A stretch of DNA of 64,000 nucleotides from Negaprion brevirostris (Eukaryota): positions 55,130,558 through 55,194,557 of the forward strand of contig JARDVH010000031.1 in the NCBI GenBank assembly GCA_030324005.1, read 5' to 3'. Position numbers and translations under genes: made by a program. Shown one piece after another: positions 36,111-48,806 of the stretch. Position 1 is the first letter of the stretch. Each line of letters opens with the position of its first letter. The notes beneath the pieces were generated by a model, which searched no databases, was not told where the DNA came from, and saw nothing but the letters and a program-made list of their open reading frames with translations.

Positions 36111-37957
36111 GTTATAAGGAACAGTAAAGCAAGAACTAAAGACAATTCAATGTTATCATATTCATAAAATTCCTGATTGTACAGCTTGTATTTATTTCTA
36201 TAATAAATGCTGAAGTCTAATTAGGCTTTGCAATGCTTGACAGTCTACACTAAAACACCATAGAGTTTACGTTTACATGCATTCAGCTGATTGTATTCAA
36301 TTTTCATAAAACCAACACAGAGGATGTTTTCCTCACTCTGTCATTTGTAATGAAACCATGCACCCTTTGCAAGAAGTAGTTTACGATTCTGGCACGCATA
36401 ATAACTTTAAGGTCTGCTAATAAAGTAATAATTCAGAGAGTGACTTTGAAAGNNNNNNNNNNNNNNNNNNNNNNNNNNNNNNNNNNNNNNNNNNNNNNNN
36501 NNNNNNNNNNNNNNNNNNNNNNNNNNNNNNNNNNNNNNNNNNNNNNNNNNNNGAGGCAGAGAAGTTGTTAAGGATTTAACGGGAAATCTTCCAGACTGAA
36601 TATATTTCAATTAACTTGAAATCTTTAAGGAGGATGAAGTGTGAAAATAGCAGACTTTTCAATTCTTGGGAATGAGCAGTGACTTCAGTCAGTTGGAAGT
36701 TTGCTCCTGCTTGGCCCTAACTACATTTGTTTACATCAATCTGACAAGGTTTTTAGCTTGAAAGGCCCCTGATCTTTTATAGAGCTGAATTCTTAGGCCC
36801 CACTGGGGGCAGGAATAAAAGATGGAATTTTGCATGGCCAGGATGCTGGTTCTCTGGCTGAATTACCCCCCCCACCCCATCTCATGATTTTCAAAAGGTG
36901 GGTTGGGGAGCAGGCAGCAGAGCTACCACCCCACAAGTATCAGATAACCAATTTACTCTGTTGAGGCCTATTGATGGTGGCTGGCTGGAATTTGGCCTGC
37001 CTCTGTTCCAACCACAACAGCAGCACAATGCTCCGTGGAGGGACTCCCCTCCATTATGAGGGCTTATAGCTCAGTATACTTTTATTTTAAATCTGAAAAC
37101 ATTGAAGAAAGGGTGCCTCCATCTTCCTTACTTAACTTGAAAAATCCAGTTTCTGCTCTTTCTCATTTGTAGGCTTTCTATTTGCCTCTAGCCTCAAGGA
37201 TCCACCCACCATCCTTATTTGGACAGCGGGTGTACCTACCGGCCACTAATTCACCAATTTGGGGAAAATCACAGCTCATTGAGTATCCCCCACATAATGT
37301 AGCCCCTGACTGCCAGTCGAGCTTGATGACAAGGTTCAGATGCAGCAGCAAAAGTCCTGGCCCCAGTGTCTAAATTCAACATTGTACTTTGCAAATGAAG
37401 CATTCAACAAGTTTACACCAGTGGTCTCTCAATTCAAACTCTCAACCAAAGATTTCAAGAGGCCTGCCAAAAACAAATCATGTGTGACAAAATCATAGAC
37501 TGATTGGAATCAGAGTTAGGACAAGAAATGATCAATGGTAATCATTTCATTAAATGAGAGTGAATCAAAGCCAGACTCTCCTTCTGTTGACCTAAAAGTT
37601 TTGGTTAAAGTGATCCATAGTGACTTCTAGGTGGCTGAAGTCTAAACCAAGCAATAGGCTACTTTCCCAAACTGATTGGAGTGCAGGATTGGTGAGGATA
37701 CGGAACTTGATACCACTTGGGGTGGTTGAGGTGAACAGTGTAGATTGGGAAAGGNNNNNNNNNNNNNNNNNNNNNNNNNNNNNNNNNNNNNNNNNNNNNN
37801 NNNNNNNNNNNNNNNNNNNNNNNNNNNNNNNNNNNNNNNNNNNNNNNNNNNNNNNNNNNNNNNNNNNNNNNNNNNNNNNNNNNNNNNNNNNNNNNNNNNN
37901 NNNNNNNNNNNNNNNNNNNNNNNNNNNNNNNNNNNNNNNNNNNNNNNNNNNNNNNNN

Positions 37958-38440
37958 CTTCAAGGTCGTGTTGCGCTCCATTGGATTACTGCTGAAGGCC
38001 AAGGACAGAGAGGGCATGGTGGGGGTGGGGTAAAGAATTCATAAGCTTGGATTCATGCCTGTAAATTGAACTGAGGTGCTCTGCAAGGCAGTTACCCAAT
38101 TTGTTTTTGGTCTCTCCAGTGTAGAGGACACCACATTGTGAGCCACAAATACACCATACTAAATTGAAAGAAAGTGTGTGCTTAAAGGCTTGGACTGTGA
38201 GAAGGAAGAGGTTAAAGGGCAGATGTTACATCTCCTGCTCTTGTATGGGTGAGTACCCTAGGAGGAGGATGGGATGTTGATAATGACTAAGGAGAAGGAC
38301 ACTCCCTTCAGAATACCAAAACAGGGAACATGGGAAGAAGTGTTTGGTGGTAGCATCAGGTCGGAGATGGCCAAATAGCTGAAGGATGGTACATTAAATG
38401 GGAAGCCAATAGTAAGAGGCACCTTGTCAATCATTGGCAA
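37958..38440 (-). mobile_element. Penelope-like element GIY-YIG remnant
   Basis: NLVWCICGSQCGVLYTGETKNKLGNCLAEHL on the minus strand at about 38070-38165. Confidence 0.7.
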
Positions 38441-40004
38441 CGTGTGCCCAACTGTTCCATTGAGAAGAGGCCTTGTTCCAGGATCTACAGATGTCAGCAG
38501 TGCCCTTCTTTGAGAGTCAGAACCTCTTGAGGCACTGACGCTGTTACATTTCAAGCGAACTGACCCTCCACCTATAGACTCTGCTTTGGGCGTCATTCTT
38601 TCTTCCAGCTGGATCTCGGTATCCATTCTCTCTGCCCTGTAAAGAACATGTGGCTGAGGGGAAGACAGCTGATACTGCTGCTGGTTTTTCTCCAACTGCT
38701 GCTAGAGCTGTTGCTGGTTTATCTTCTATTCCAGTCCCTCAGCAGAAGTGGAAAGTAGATCTGCACAAGTTGCTCTCATACCATGGTGAAGGCTGGCAAC
38801 AGATATGTGCAGCTGAAGCTGAGTAAAGTGCAAGATAGGTGCAGTGTCTTCCAAAATGCTTTCAGTAACCTGTCCAGCAGTGATAGCCCTCTCAGAGAAA
38901 ACAAGTGCTTTGAACACTAGTATCTCAATGGCCGTGACAGCAGCTCTTCAGTGTAACTAATTGAAGTTTGTCAGTCACATTGAAGAAACAGTTTACACTT
39001 TATACTTGCCTCAGTGGCCCTGATGCAGTGCAGGTACAGCATGTAAGGTGGGTCTTTTGTAGAGAATTAATTCATGGTTAAGAAGGCTTTTAATTGCCTT
39101 TTCAATCGCCTCAAATGTTTTATCACCAGACCTGGGGTGTTTTCCCTCTAGACTTGCAACCCACCCTGCTGAAAACTATAAGAGGGCAGAGTGATGTGGA
39201 GGTGCTGGCGTTGGATTGGGTAAACACACTGAGCAGTCCCACAACACCAGGTTAAAGTCCAACAGGTCCGTTCAACATTGGGAGTATGACTGTCTCACTT
39301 TCCAGAATTTTCTATGCTCTAGTCCCCATCCCAACCTGGTTAGGAAAATTCTGACCATTAGCTGTGTTTCCCTCTCCACACATGCTGCCAGACCTGTTGA
39401 GTATATCCAACACTTACTGTTTTTCCTTCAGATTTCCAGCGTCTTTCACTTTTAGAATGGGGGAGAAAGTGTCAAGCATAAACACTGGCAAAACACCTGT
39501 TGGTCTGACATGTTTCTGTGCAGTAAGTTCTGTGTAATTCTGTGTAATGACTTGGTTGGAAGCACCATGTAAATATTATGGGACATGTGGATGTATTTTG
39601 TTCCACAGTCAGCACTCCAATCTGGAAACAACGAGTATATGTTATATTTTTACAGGAATAAGGAGGAACAGAAATGCTCCTCATACCTCTATTGTAAATG
39701 CTGCAAACCATCTTTCAGTCTGGCCAAGCCTCCCTTAATGTCACCTAACCTCCACCCCTCTCTCCTCACCTAACAAGCACCTATCGACAGACATTGCTAA
39801 TATCCATTTGACCTAAACTCTAAATGCTCAGAGCCAGTGAGCTGTAAGCGATGATTTGACACTTGCAGTTCATCTATTGAATTCAAATGAAGCCAATAAC
39901 TCAAAAGTCATGGCTGCCCCCTTGCCATGGGCCACTTGGTGAACTAAAGTTGACACCCACCCCAAATTATTTCCTGTCTCCCAATTTCTTTTTAGATTTC
40001 TTCC

Positions 40005-40307
40005 AGGGCAGAAGGAGGCCATTCGGCCTATCAAATCTGCACCAACAGTCTGAGCCAGGCCCTATCCCCGTAACCCCATGTATTTATCCTAGTAATCCCA
40101 CTAAGACTAACAGACAATTCAACATGGCCAGTCAATCTAACCAGCACACCTTTAGACTGTGGGAAGAAACCGGAGCACCGGAGGAAACCCACACAGATAT
40201 GTGGAGAACGGGCAAACTCCATACAGAGTCACCCGAAGCCGGAATTGAACCCGGGTCCCAGGCACTGTGAGGCAGCAGTGCTAATGACTGTGCCATTGTG
40301 CCACCCC
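40005..40307 (-). mobile_element. HE1-type V-SINE, tail type A
   Basis: gcagaaggaggccattcggcc...ggaattgaacccgggtcccaggcactgtgaggcagcagtgc. Confidence 0.9.
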
Positions 40308-40618
40308 AATTTAGTATCAATTCAATCCATGTGGCTTGATGGTTGCATCAGTGAAATTATTAATAATGCAGGATTTTTATCAACTGAGAGGGGGGAAGGG
40401 TGCGAGGGCAGGTGACATTACGGGGCCTAAAGTTAAGGAGGGGGTACAGGTGAGGGAAGAGGCCGAGGAGGATGTCCCAATAATAAAGGGAGTAGGGGGT
40501 GTGAGTAGGGTTGGTGGCNNNNNNNNNNNNNNNNNNNNNNNNNNNNNNNNNNNNNNNNNNNNNNNNNNNNNNNNNNNNNNNNNNNNNNNNNNNNNNNNNN
40601 NNNNNNNNNNNNNNNNNN

Positions 40619-40700
40619 TTGAATGGCAGGGCAGGCTTGAAGGGCTGGATGGCCTACTCCTGCTCCTATTTCTTATGTTCTTATGTTCTTATGTTCTTAT
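40619..40700 (+). mobile_element. Young CR1 LINE 3' end with (TTCTTATG)n tail
   Basis: Near-identical to 45684-45756 and 63113-63204; all three abut gaps. Confidence 0.8.
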
Positions 40701-43700
40701 CAATTATAACTAAGCAATGTGCACTTTCAGATTTGCCAACCAGTAGAAAATCTGGATTCTTTGCTTTTAATATTGACAGATGACAATTGTGAGAAAAGAG
40801 CGCTGTCAGTTTTATTGACACGCCTGAAAAATTGCTGAATTTCAAAAGCCGTGATGAAAATGTGTTAAAGATATTCAGGCAGCTTGCAGATTATTGTTGT
40901 AATAAATTGGAAGCTTAAGCTGAATATTTTTTACCAGGGGCTATGGTCTCTTTAAAGATCAAGAAATTCAAATGTCTGGAACAAATTCTTATTTATTGTC
41001 AAGAATGCAACTGGTTAACATTTTACTGGTAACCCATAACTTCATTCTAACATTTGAAGATTACATTTGAATTCTGACAGCACAACAGGGAGCATGTTGT
41101 TTGTCAGTCACAATGCTCTATTGTAAAATTCTTCAGATGTAAAAGCATATTGAAAAATCCGATCATTTGCAACATAGCTCTATACCGCTGCAAGCCACAT
41201 CTTTAGCAGTTCAAATTATGAGAGCTGGACAACAACTGCAGATCTCCATGGAGATCAATGTTACATACCAGATTACCATGTAAAGCGCTCGCAAGTTTTA
41301 TGTAGATAAGATTTCAACATTATTCCTGTCTTAATGATAGTCATTATGCAGCCGTGCTGATTGGAATTCATTTATTACCTGCATTTGATCTGAGGGAAGT
41401 AATTATAATTTATGTATCTGCATTAAAATTAATTTATATTTTTGGCATATACCCACCTCTTTTTAGATAAGGGCTTTAGAAATCATTTGAAAACGAGATG
41501 CACTGCTTTCTCCCACAAGCTTCTACTTTAGTCCAGAGTTGTTAAATTTGAAAAGCGCCATTATTACCGTATTGTTCTAATTTATTTAAGCAATAAATTT
41601 TGTTATAAGGGAGTGTATGAGGTAATAAAAGCTGACGGTGCTGGATAAATGCCGAGTCCAAAGGCCAACCATTTATACAGTAGAGGTATGTTTTTATCTC
41701 AAGTACACCAGCTCATAATGGAATTTATTGCTATTTTAAATTACAGCCCAGATCACAGATTATTGGTAGAAGTGACAGAAAAATGTACATTTTAGGGAAA
41801 TATCTAGCATTCGTTTCAGTTACATCCTTTTGTATATCATTTTAAAGATGGTTAAATCTTCTATATCTAGCCACTATGCCTCCTTAATCCACTTTGAGAT
41901 CAGCCGTAGCCTTTCTGAGCCTTGTACAAGTTGTATAACGTTATTCAGCTGCATTTATTATTAAACCCTAATGGCTCCTGCCGTATTTTTTTCCATTGGT
42001 TATCCAAAGGTACTGTACAAGAATATAAACATCAAGAGTTGGGAATCAAGCAATGCCACTGAGCCCATCTCGTTCATCTTGTCATTCAGAACATATTTCA
42101 ACACCAGCATTAAAAATGTTTCCTGATCTAAGCCTTACCATTCTACCGCTTGATTAATCTATTCTCTATTTAACATGAATGCTTCAATGGAGCCAGCATT
42201 CACTGTGCTAAAAAACAGCTTCTTCCATAAGTTTACAACTTTTGTAAAGACATTGTTCCTTGACTGAATGGTCTCTATTATTCCTACCCTACTTTTACAC
42301 AAAATATATTGGTCTAAGTATTCACAGACTCTGTTCCAACACCACAAGTATGGTAAGGAGTAAGTAACCCCAACCCATCCTTAGCTCGGGTCAAAGATTT
42401 TGGACTGGATTCTCCGACCTTGCTTGCGGCTGAGATTCTCCGATGCTGCTGTTGTGAATGGAGATTCGGCTGAGTGCCAAATTCTAGCTGGCAGCAGTCG
42501 CCAGGCATGCAAGACCGGTGAATTCGGGCCTTTGTTGCAAATTCTGGGACCAAAGTTATTTCCAGATTTGTGGGTCAGCAGCTCCTGCTCAAGTCAATCG
42601 GTCCTTTCAGTGTGGAGTTGAGGCCTCCAGAGATGTATTCTTTTTAATTCTTCAGTTCCTCCTGGTATCACTGTTCTGGGGTCCATCATTTTACCCTAGA
42701 AAAGATTTGAGGTTGAAGTNNNNNNNNNNNNNNNNNNNNNNNNNNNNNNNNNNNNNNNNNNNNNNNNNNNNNNNNNNNNNNNNNNNNNNNNNNNNNNNNN
42801 NNNNNNNNNNNNNNNNNNNAGGCCTTAAAGGGACTTATACCAAGTCTCCACTTGCATGAGTTGTCATGAGGCCTTCAAGGTGTAACAGTAGGAATTTTCC
42901 AGGAAAAGACAGGGAACTCTCCTCAACATGGTTTGTTGGTGTGAGGGAGCAGGCAGAAGATCTCCTCAATACCTCCGATTGAAATTTCAAGATCCAATGA
43001 AAATGGAGCATGCCAAACTCCAGACCATGTGTTATTCCCCTTCTCCTGTACCATAGGGGTAATTACCACCTACAAGCTCTCCAAGGAAATGTTTCTATCG
43101 TCATCAACAGATTACTTAAATGACACTTGCATGCTCATCTTCAGCTTTTAATTCTGGCATCCATCTCAAAGGGGGCTTCATTAGTGACCAAGAGCCTCTG
43201 TTTGATATACGCTGGCCATTTGCAAGAAACCTTAGATAATATCTGAAATATAATCCAGTATTAACTTGCCTCTACATTAAGCAAAACCTTTGATTCACCA
43301 TTTTTCCAGTATGGCATTTCACGTGCCCACTCCTTGCCTTTAATGAAAATGAGTTTTTGCATTACATCATGATAAGTTCTTGGAGTCAACTTGAGGAAGA
43401 AAATTCCACATTTGAATTTGAATTTTGACTGTCCAACAGAAAAACTTGGAGTTCTGTACCACATGCAGAAAATATTCTCAAAATATGAAAAGCCTCTGTT
43501 ACATGAGGCTGTAACTTGCTGTTGTGGGTGTTATTGGACAGAAGTTCAATATGCTTATATGATATTGTATATTATTTGTATAGCGTTGTTACTGATTTAT
43601 AATAAATGCTAATAGCCTGGTTAAAGTGCCAAAAAGAACGCTGCACTCACATGTTAAGTGCTAAGTAAGTACGCAAATGGTGGTATATTGTTTCAGGAAA

Positions 43701-44629
43701 ATAAACTAATTCATTACAGATATTTTCAAAAAACAGTTCTTTTCTACCCGTTGACACCTCAAACATTAAGTTCATACAGGCCAGTCGCTTAAAGTTCTTT
43801 TTTGACTAAGATAATGGAGAGGGGATGGGGTGGGGGCTGCGATTTTTCCCATTTTACCGGGCATGGTATGGATCATGCTGATCCCAGAAGTGTCTAAAAA
43901 TTGGTTCTGCGCCCGTTGCCGAACTGTTTATGTTTGTCTTAGTCCCTTTTTACCGTCATGAACCAGATTAGCATGAGATTGACTGGATTGTAATCTCATT
44001 TGCTAGTTCCGCACGTGATCACCCCCCTCGCAGGATGTACCCCGCTCTCCATCTGGATGTTACACAGGAGCAAATCACCACAGGTCCCTGAAGTGTGGTT
44101 CAGGCCAGGGTGAGCGAGGAGGTGAGTACCACTGAACACCAACCTCCAGGGTGCAAGAGGGTGGGCAGCTGCTTCCATGGTCTGGCTGGGGGGCCTTCAT
44201 GTGTGGAGGGGCTTGTGGGGTGCTCAGGCTTCGCCAGGAGTCCTCAGGTCAGAGGTCACCACTGTGTTGGGGCTCGTGTGGAGCGCATTCTCCCTTCCAG
44301 GCAAAAGACCATCGAGAGGTCTCATATGAGGTCAAGTTCAAATCCCACTAGTTTCGCACTGGTTACCCTACCATCTGTCTGCTGCACAGGCTGTATGGTT
44401 TATTGCGCACATTCCACCTCAGGCTCCACGAACAGTTACAAGCACCTGGTTTGGCTGCCAATACCCCAATCAAAGGAGCTTGGCAGGTTAACACTGCACT
44501 TCACCCTGCATGGACTCTGCTGTGCTCCTTACAATGGGCACCTGTGACATGAAAGTTAAGTGCAGCATCTCTGCCACATGGGAGAGATGGACACCTGCTC
44601 CTAGTGGCAATGAAGGCCATGGCAGCCTG

Positions 44630-44812
44630 AGGGAGGACTTGTGTGCCATCCATCAGTCATCAGCCCACACGTGCATCTGGGAGGTCATGGATGCCCAGTA
44701 CACCTGGGCATCCCACTACATCCATCGTAACCTGGGCCAGACCCAACAAGACACTGGTCTGCAGGCTTTACCAACATTGCCAGAATGCCTCGCGTGCAGG
44801 GGCTATAGACGA
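44630..44812 (+). pseudogene. Harbinger DDE transposase (HARBI1-family) remnant
   Basis: EDLCAIHQSSAHTCIWEVMDAQYTWASHYIH, then frameshifted AGFTNIARMPRVQGAID. Confidence 0.8.
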
Positions 44813-45165
44813 CATGAGTTCGCAAAGGGTATGGACAAGGTTCATAGATAGTGTCTCTTTCCTCTAGTTGGGGGAGGAGGTTAATCACGAGGGGCCATGG
44901 TTTTAGGGTGCAGGACAGGGGTCTTATAGGAGATTTGAGGAAATAGTTTGCACCCAGTGAGTGGCAAAGATCTGGAATGCGTTGCCTGGGATGCCAGTGG
45001 GGGCCACTTACCTTACAACCCTTACAATGTATTCAGATGAACACTTGGAGTATCACAGCATTCAGGGATATGGCATAGGTGCTGGAGAATGGGATTTGAG
45101 AAAGTTCAGTTGTAGTTATCGCAATGCGGACTCGATGGGTGGAAGAGTTTCTCCTGATCTGTAAA
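44813..45165 (+). mobile_element. CR1 LINE 3' fragment inserted in the transposase
   Basis: GMDKV...LFPLVG...TRGHGFRV...KIWNALPG. Confidence 0.75.
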
Positions 45166-45683
45166 ACGTTCTAAGCCTCTCTGGGTGCAAATGAGGTATG
45201 AAGCTCCCTATGGGAGGGTGGGTGACAGAGAGAGGAGCCGGGGCTTTGGGATGTACTAACGTTTAATCATTATCCTGTGCAGTGCATGCCACCCTATCCC
45301 TATCAACAGTATCTGCCTTTGCATATGCTCTCTTGGTGACCCTACAACTTCTTCATCTTACAGGGACTGGTGTTTCATCTAGGTGCCCCCCCCCCGTCCA
45401 CCCACACCCCCATCCCTCAGGATGTGCATAGAGGTGGAGGCAGTCTGCTGTGTTGAGCACCCTGTGGCCTTTGATGCCCTTGGCAAGAGCCCCCTGGAGG
45501 CTGGGATGTGGGGGCTCCCTGGCCAACTTTCAAGTGTGACGAATGTAGCCGTGCCACCCTGTTCAGCCCACTGACAATGATTTGTACCAATGTCGGGAGG
45601 AAGGAATTCAGAAGGGTTGGGGCTGCTGGAATCAACTGGGTGGGGGGCCCTGACATGGTCCCAAAGCTCCGGAGCCCCTTTGT

Positions 45684-45756
45684 AAGAACATAAGAACATA
45701 AGAAATAGGAGCAGGAGTAGGCCATCCAGCCCTTCGAGCCTGCCCCGCCATTCAAT
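45684..45756 (-). mobile_element. Young CR1 LINE 3' end
   Basis: aagaacataagaacataagaaataggagcaggagtaggccatccagcccttcgag. Confidence 0.8.
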
Positions 45757-46626
45757 NNNNNNNNNNNNNNNNNNNNNNNNNNNNNNNNNNNNNNNNNNNN
45801 NNNNNNNNNNNNNNNNNNNNNNNNNNNNNNNNNNNNNNNNNNNNNNNNNNNNNNNNCTCCATGCCCCCTGACCTTCTGCAATAACCTCTTGTGAGGTACC
45901 TGCTGTAATCGCCTGCTGTTTCCCAATCATGCTCCCAAGGCCCTTAGCCACAGACCCTGCCTTTGACCCTGCTGCCTATGTCTAGCATTTCTCACCCCAG
46001 GCTTTCCACCACAGTTGCCACCCTTGCAGTGTTGGCCAGGGAACCAACTCCTGAGCCTAAGCACCTGAGGCTGTGGGACTCCTCCAAACAGTCTTGCTGT
46101 TGCTGGAATGTCACGGACACCCCCTCCTGCAGTCCCCGGCTCTGCTTCTGCTTGTCCAGCAGCTTTGGGAGAATTGTTTACAATGCCTCAGCATCTGACT
46201 GACAGTCCTCTGGCTGCCCGATCCTCAGAGATTCTCCCCTCCACCTGAAGTGCATCAATAGCTGTGTGTACTCACCAGGAAGTGATTCAGAGCCTGTCTG
46301 CTAATGCTACCTACCGAGGGATAAATGTGGATGGTGCTGGTGATAAATGTGAAATCTGGCATGTGCTTTCCTCAGATCTTTCCTCTGAGTTGTCAATGGG
46401 GATTGTGGGGCAGGGGCACTCACAGGTGATGTATGTTGGCACTATGCCTTGCCAAGCAGGTATTGTAACAGGGTGTGCCAGAGGGATTTGAGGACAATGA
46501 TTTGGGGGGTGGGGGGGGGGGTGGTCAGGTACTGGACAGCCATGGGGTGTCAGGGAGTGGATTGATGTGGACATTCCAGGTGTGACAAACAGGATTGATG
46601 CCAGGAATGGACAGGTGGATACTCAC

Positions 46627-46851
46627 CCTTGCAGCACCAATGAGGTTGCTTAATTTCTTCCGGCATTGGGCTCAATTTCAGACCATGGGCTCTGGCTGCC
46701 ACAGCCACCACATCTCAGGCTGCATTCGAGTCCTTGCTCCTGGGTCATCTACCTTCCCGGGCATACAGGATGGCATGCCTCTCCTCCACGGCATCCAGCA
46801 GCTGTCTTAGGTTTCCCTCTGTGAACGTGGGGCTGATCTACCCACTGCCAT
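46627..46851 (-). pseudogene. Harbinger Myb/SANT gene first exon remnant
   Basis: MAVGRSAP/FTEGNLRQLLDAVEERHAILY...AQCRKKLSNLIGAAR followed by a gtgagt donor; stops and frameshifts. Confidence 0.75.
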
Positions 46852-47494
46852 CCTCCTGGCGTGACAGGCTGTCAGTGCAGCAGGAGCTCTCCAAAGTTAA
46901 TGGCACATGGCTGCGGCACCACACACCTGGGGACTCCATCCCAGCGTATTTCACACGGAGGTTCTTTCAGTGAACTGAGTGTGGGACGATTGCAGTGCAG
47001 AGCGCGTCAGAGAGAACAGCGAGGAGCACTCCATTATCCTTACCGTTCTGACCATTTTCAGGGGGAAAATTCTGCCCAATATTTTAATCGTTTACAAAAG
47101 TGACACTGGAACTGAAGAATGTTTATGAAGAAGCCCAAGTATAGAATTTCATGTTTCAATTTGAAAACTCCAATCAAGACCAATCGTGCTCATTCCAGGT
47201 CTAATTTCATTCAATTTTTCGATTCAATTCAATTTTACTTCATTGTCCATATGGAAATTTGTTTCAGGTACACTCCATTAATTAAAAAAAAACATATAAA
47301 TGAGTGATAGCAATAAAAGGAAGAAAATTAACCTAACACAGAGATCTAACTTTAATTGAGATATGTATTAAAAGCTGCATTAAAATAATCACTCAGAGAG
47401 TCCCAACTTGAGTGTATATCCTCATCCATACATCAAACTCCTGTTAAAAGGGCACAGACAAATTAACGGATTAATTGTCCTGCATCTGAGGGAA

Positions 47495-47679
47495 TGTAGA
47501 CATAGGTTGTCCTATAGACATTGGGATGACACGGGTACAAAAGGGGTCACATGTCAGTGTGTGAGTTCTCCCGGAGTCAGGACAGATGCACAGCAAATGA
47601 GGGCTGCTTAGTTACTGTGAATAAACAGCTATTGTCATTAGTCCCTGGTCACCAGTTTTTGCAACCCAAAATTTCAAAA
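47495..47679 (+). repeat. 5' LTR, followed by a TGG PBS-like site
   Basis: Starts tgtagaca; similar to 51730-51774 plus 52803-52927; tggtgttggcag follows at 47680. Confidence 0.7.
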
Positions 47680-48596
47680 TGGTGTTGGCAGAATGGCACA
47701 AGGACTTCATCGCATTGACATGCTGGTGCTTGAAATAAATATCGTAGATAACGAGATGAAATTCGAAAAAGATTTCTATTGTGGTGCTGACCTATCAGAC
47801 AAATCAAAGAAGACGCAGGTATACTCTCCTAAATTTAGCAAGACCTGAGGCGATGGAGAGATATATGAGTCCTTGGTTTTTCAAATGAAGGAAGAGAAGG
47901 AGGATCCCAAAGTATTGGTGAAAAGGTTCAAGCACATATGCAAGCCAGTGTAGAACTCCATACTGGATCAACACACTTTCCATACTACCAACCAAAAGTT
48001 TGATGATTCCGTCAAACATCATGACTTTAAAATTCCAGCAAAGAAGTATACACTTCGCTCCCTCACTGACGAGTTGATGAGAGATTGCATTGTGTGTGGA
48101 GTTCATAGTGCTGTTGTTCGCAAGCAGCTTCTTTATGAGAAAGGTTTAACCTTGGAATCTTCCACCAGCAACTATATACTGAATGAGCAGTCAGAAAGAA
48201 GCAGCAAAGAATTAAAGTGGACACCAAAGGCTTTTGCAGCTCAGGGCTCACCTTGCTCCAACTGTGGCAGCCACCACTCACCGAATAGAAAGACATGTAG
48301 GGCGTTTAGTAAACATGCTTAACAAGTGTGGCAAATGGAACAATTTTGTGAAATGCTATCTAACATATCTAAGCCACAGCAGCCTGCCCATGCCACCAGC
48401 CACGCCACAACCAGTCTGTTCCCCAGCTTCCAGAGCATAAACAGGGTAAATTATTTGGAGTGTAATTAGAATAACTAAAGTGCAAAGCCTTCAAAAATAT
48501 TTTACTGTCAGAATGTCAACACTATTAAGGAGAAGGGTGAGATTTGCATCACATTAAACAGTGCCTGCAGCACAACAAAACTAAAAGTAAGAATTG

Positions 48597-48806
48597 ACAA
48601 GAACAGCTTCTTCCCTGCTGCCATCAGACTTTTGAGTGACCTACCTCATATTAAGTTGATCTTTTTCTACACCCTAGCTATGGGCTGTAACACAACATTC
48701 TGAACTCTCTCATTTCCTTCTCTATGAATGATATGCTTTGCACAAGAAACAATTCTTTTCACTGTACACTAATACATGTGACAATAATAAATCAAATCAA
48801 ATCAAA
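48597..48806 (+). mobile_element. Rex1/Babar LINE 3' fragment nested in the Gypsy protease
   Basis: Colinear with 6187-6391 and ends gtgacaataataaatcaaatcaaatc. Confidence 0.85.

Larger units (their letters stand above)
43835..47077. mobile_element. Decayed autonomous-type PIF/Harbinger transposon (transposase +, Myb gene -)
   Basis: Transposase and Myb remnants are convergent; ends gggctgcgatttttccc / gggaaaattctgccc; contains CR1 insertions. Confidence 0.65.

Noticed and set aside
38258-38917. ORFs of 145 and 63 aa on the minus strand
   Set aside because: No recognisable domain; they overlap a Penelope remnant and are probably decayed transposon sequence.
44510-44851. Host HARBI1 gene
   Set aside because: Frameshifted, interrupted by CR1 and paired with a Myb remnant, so a transposon fossil rather than the domesticated gene.
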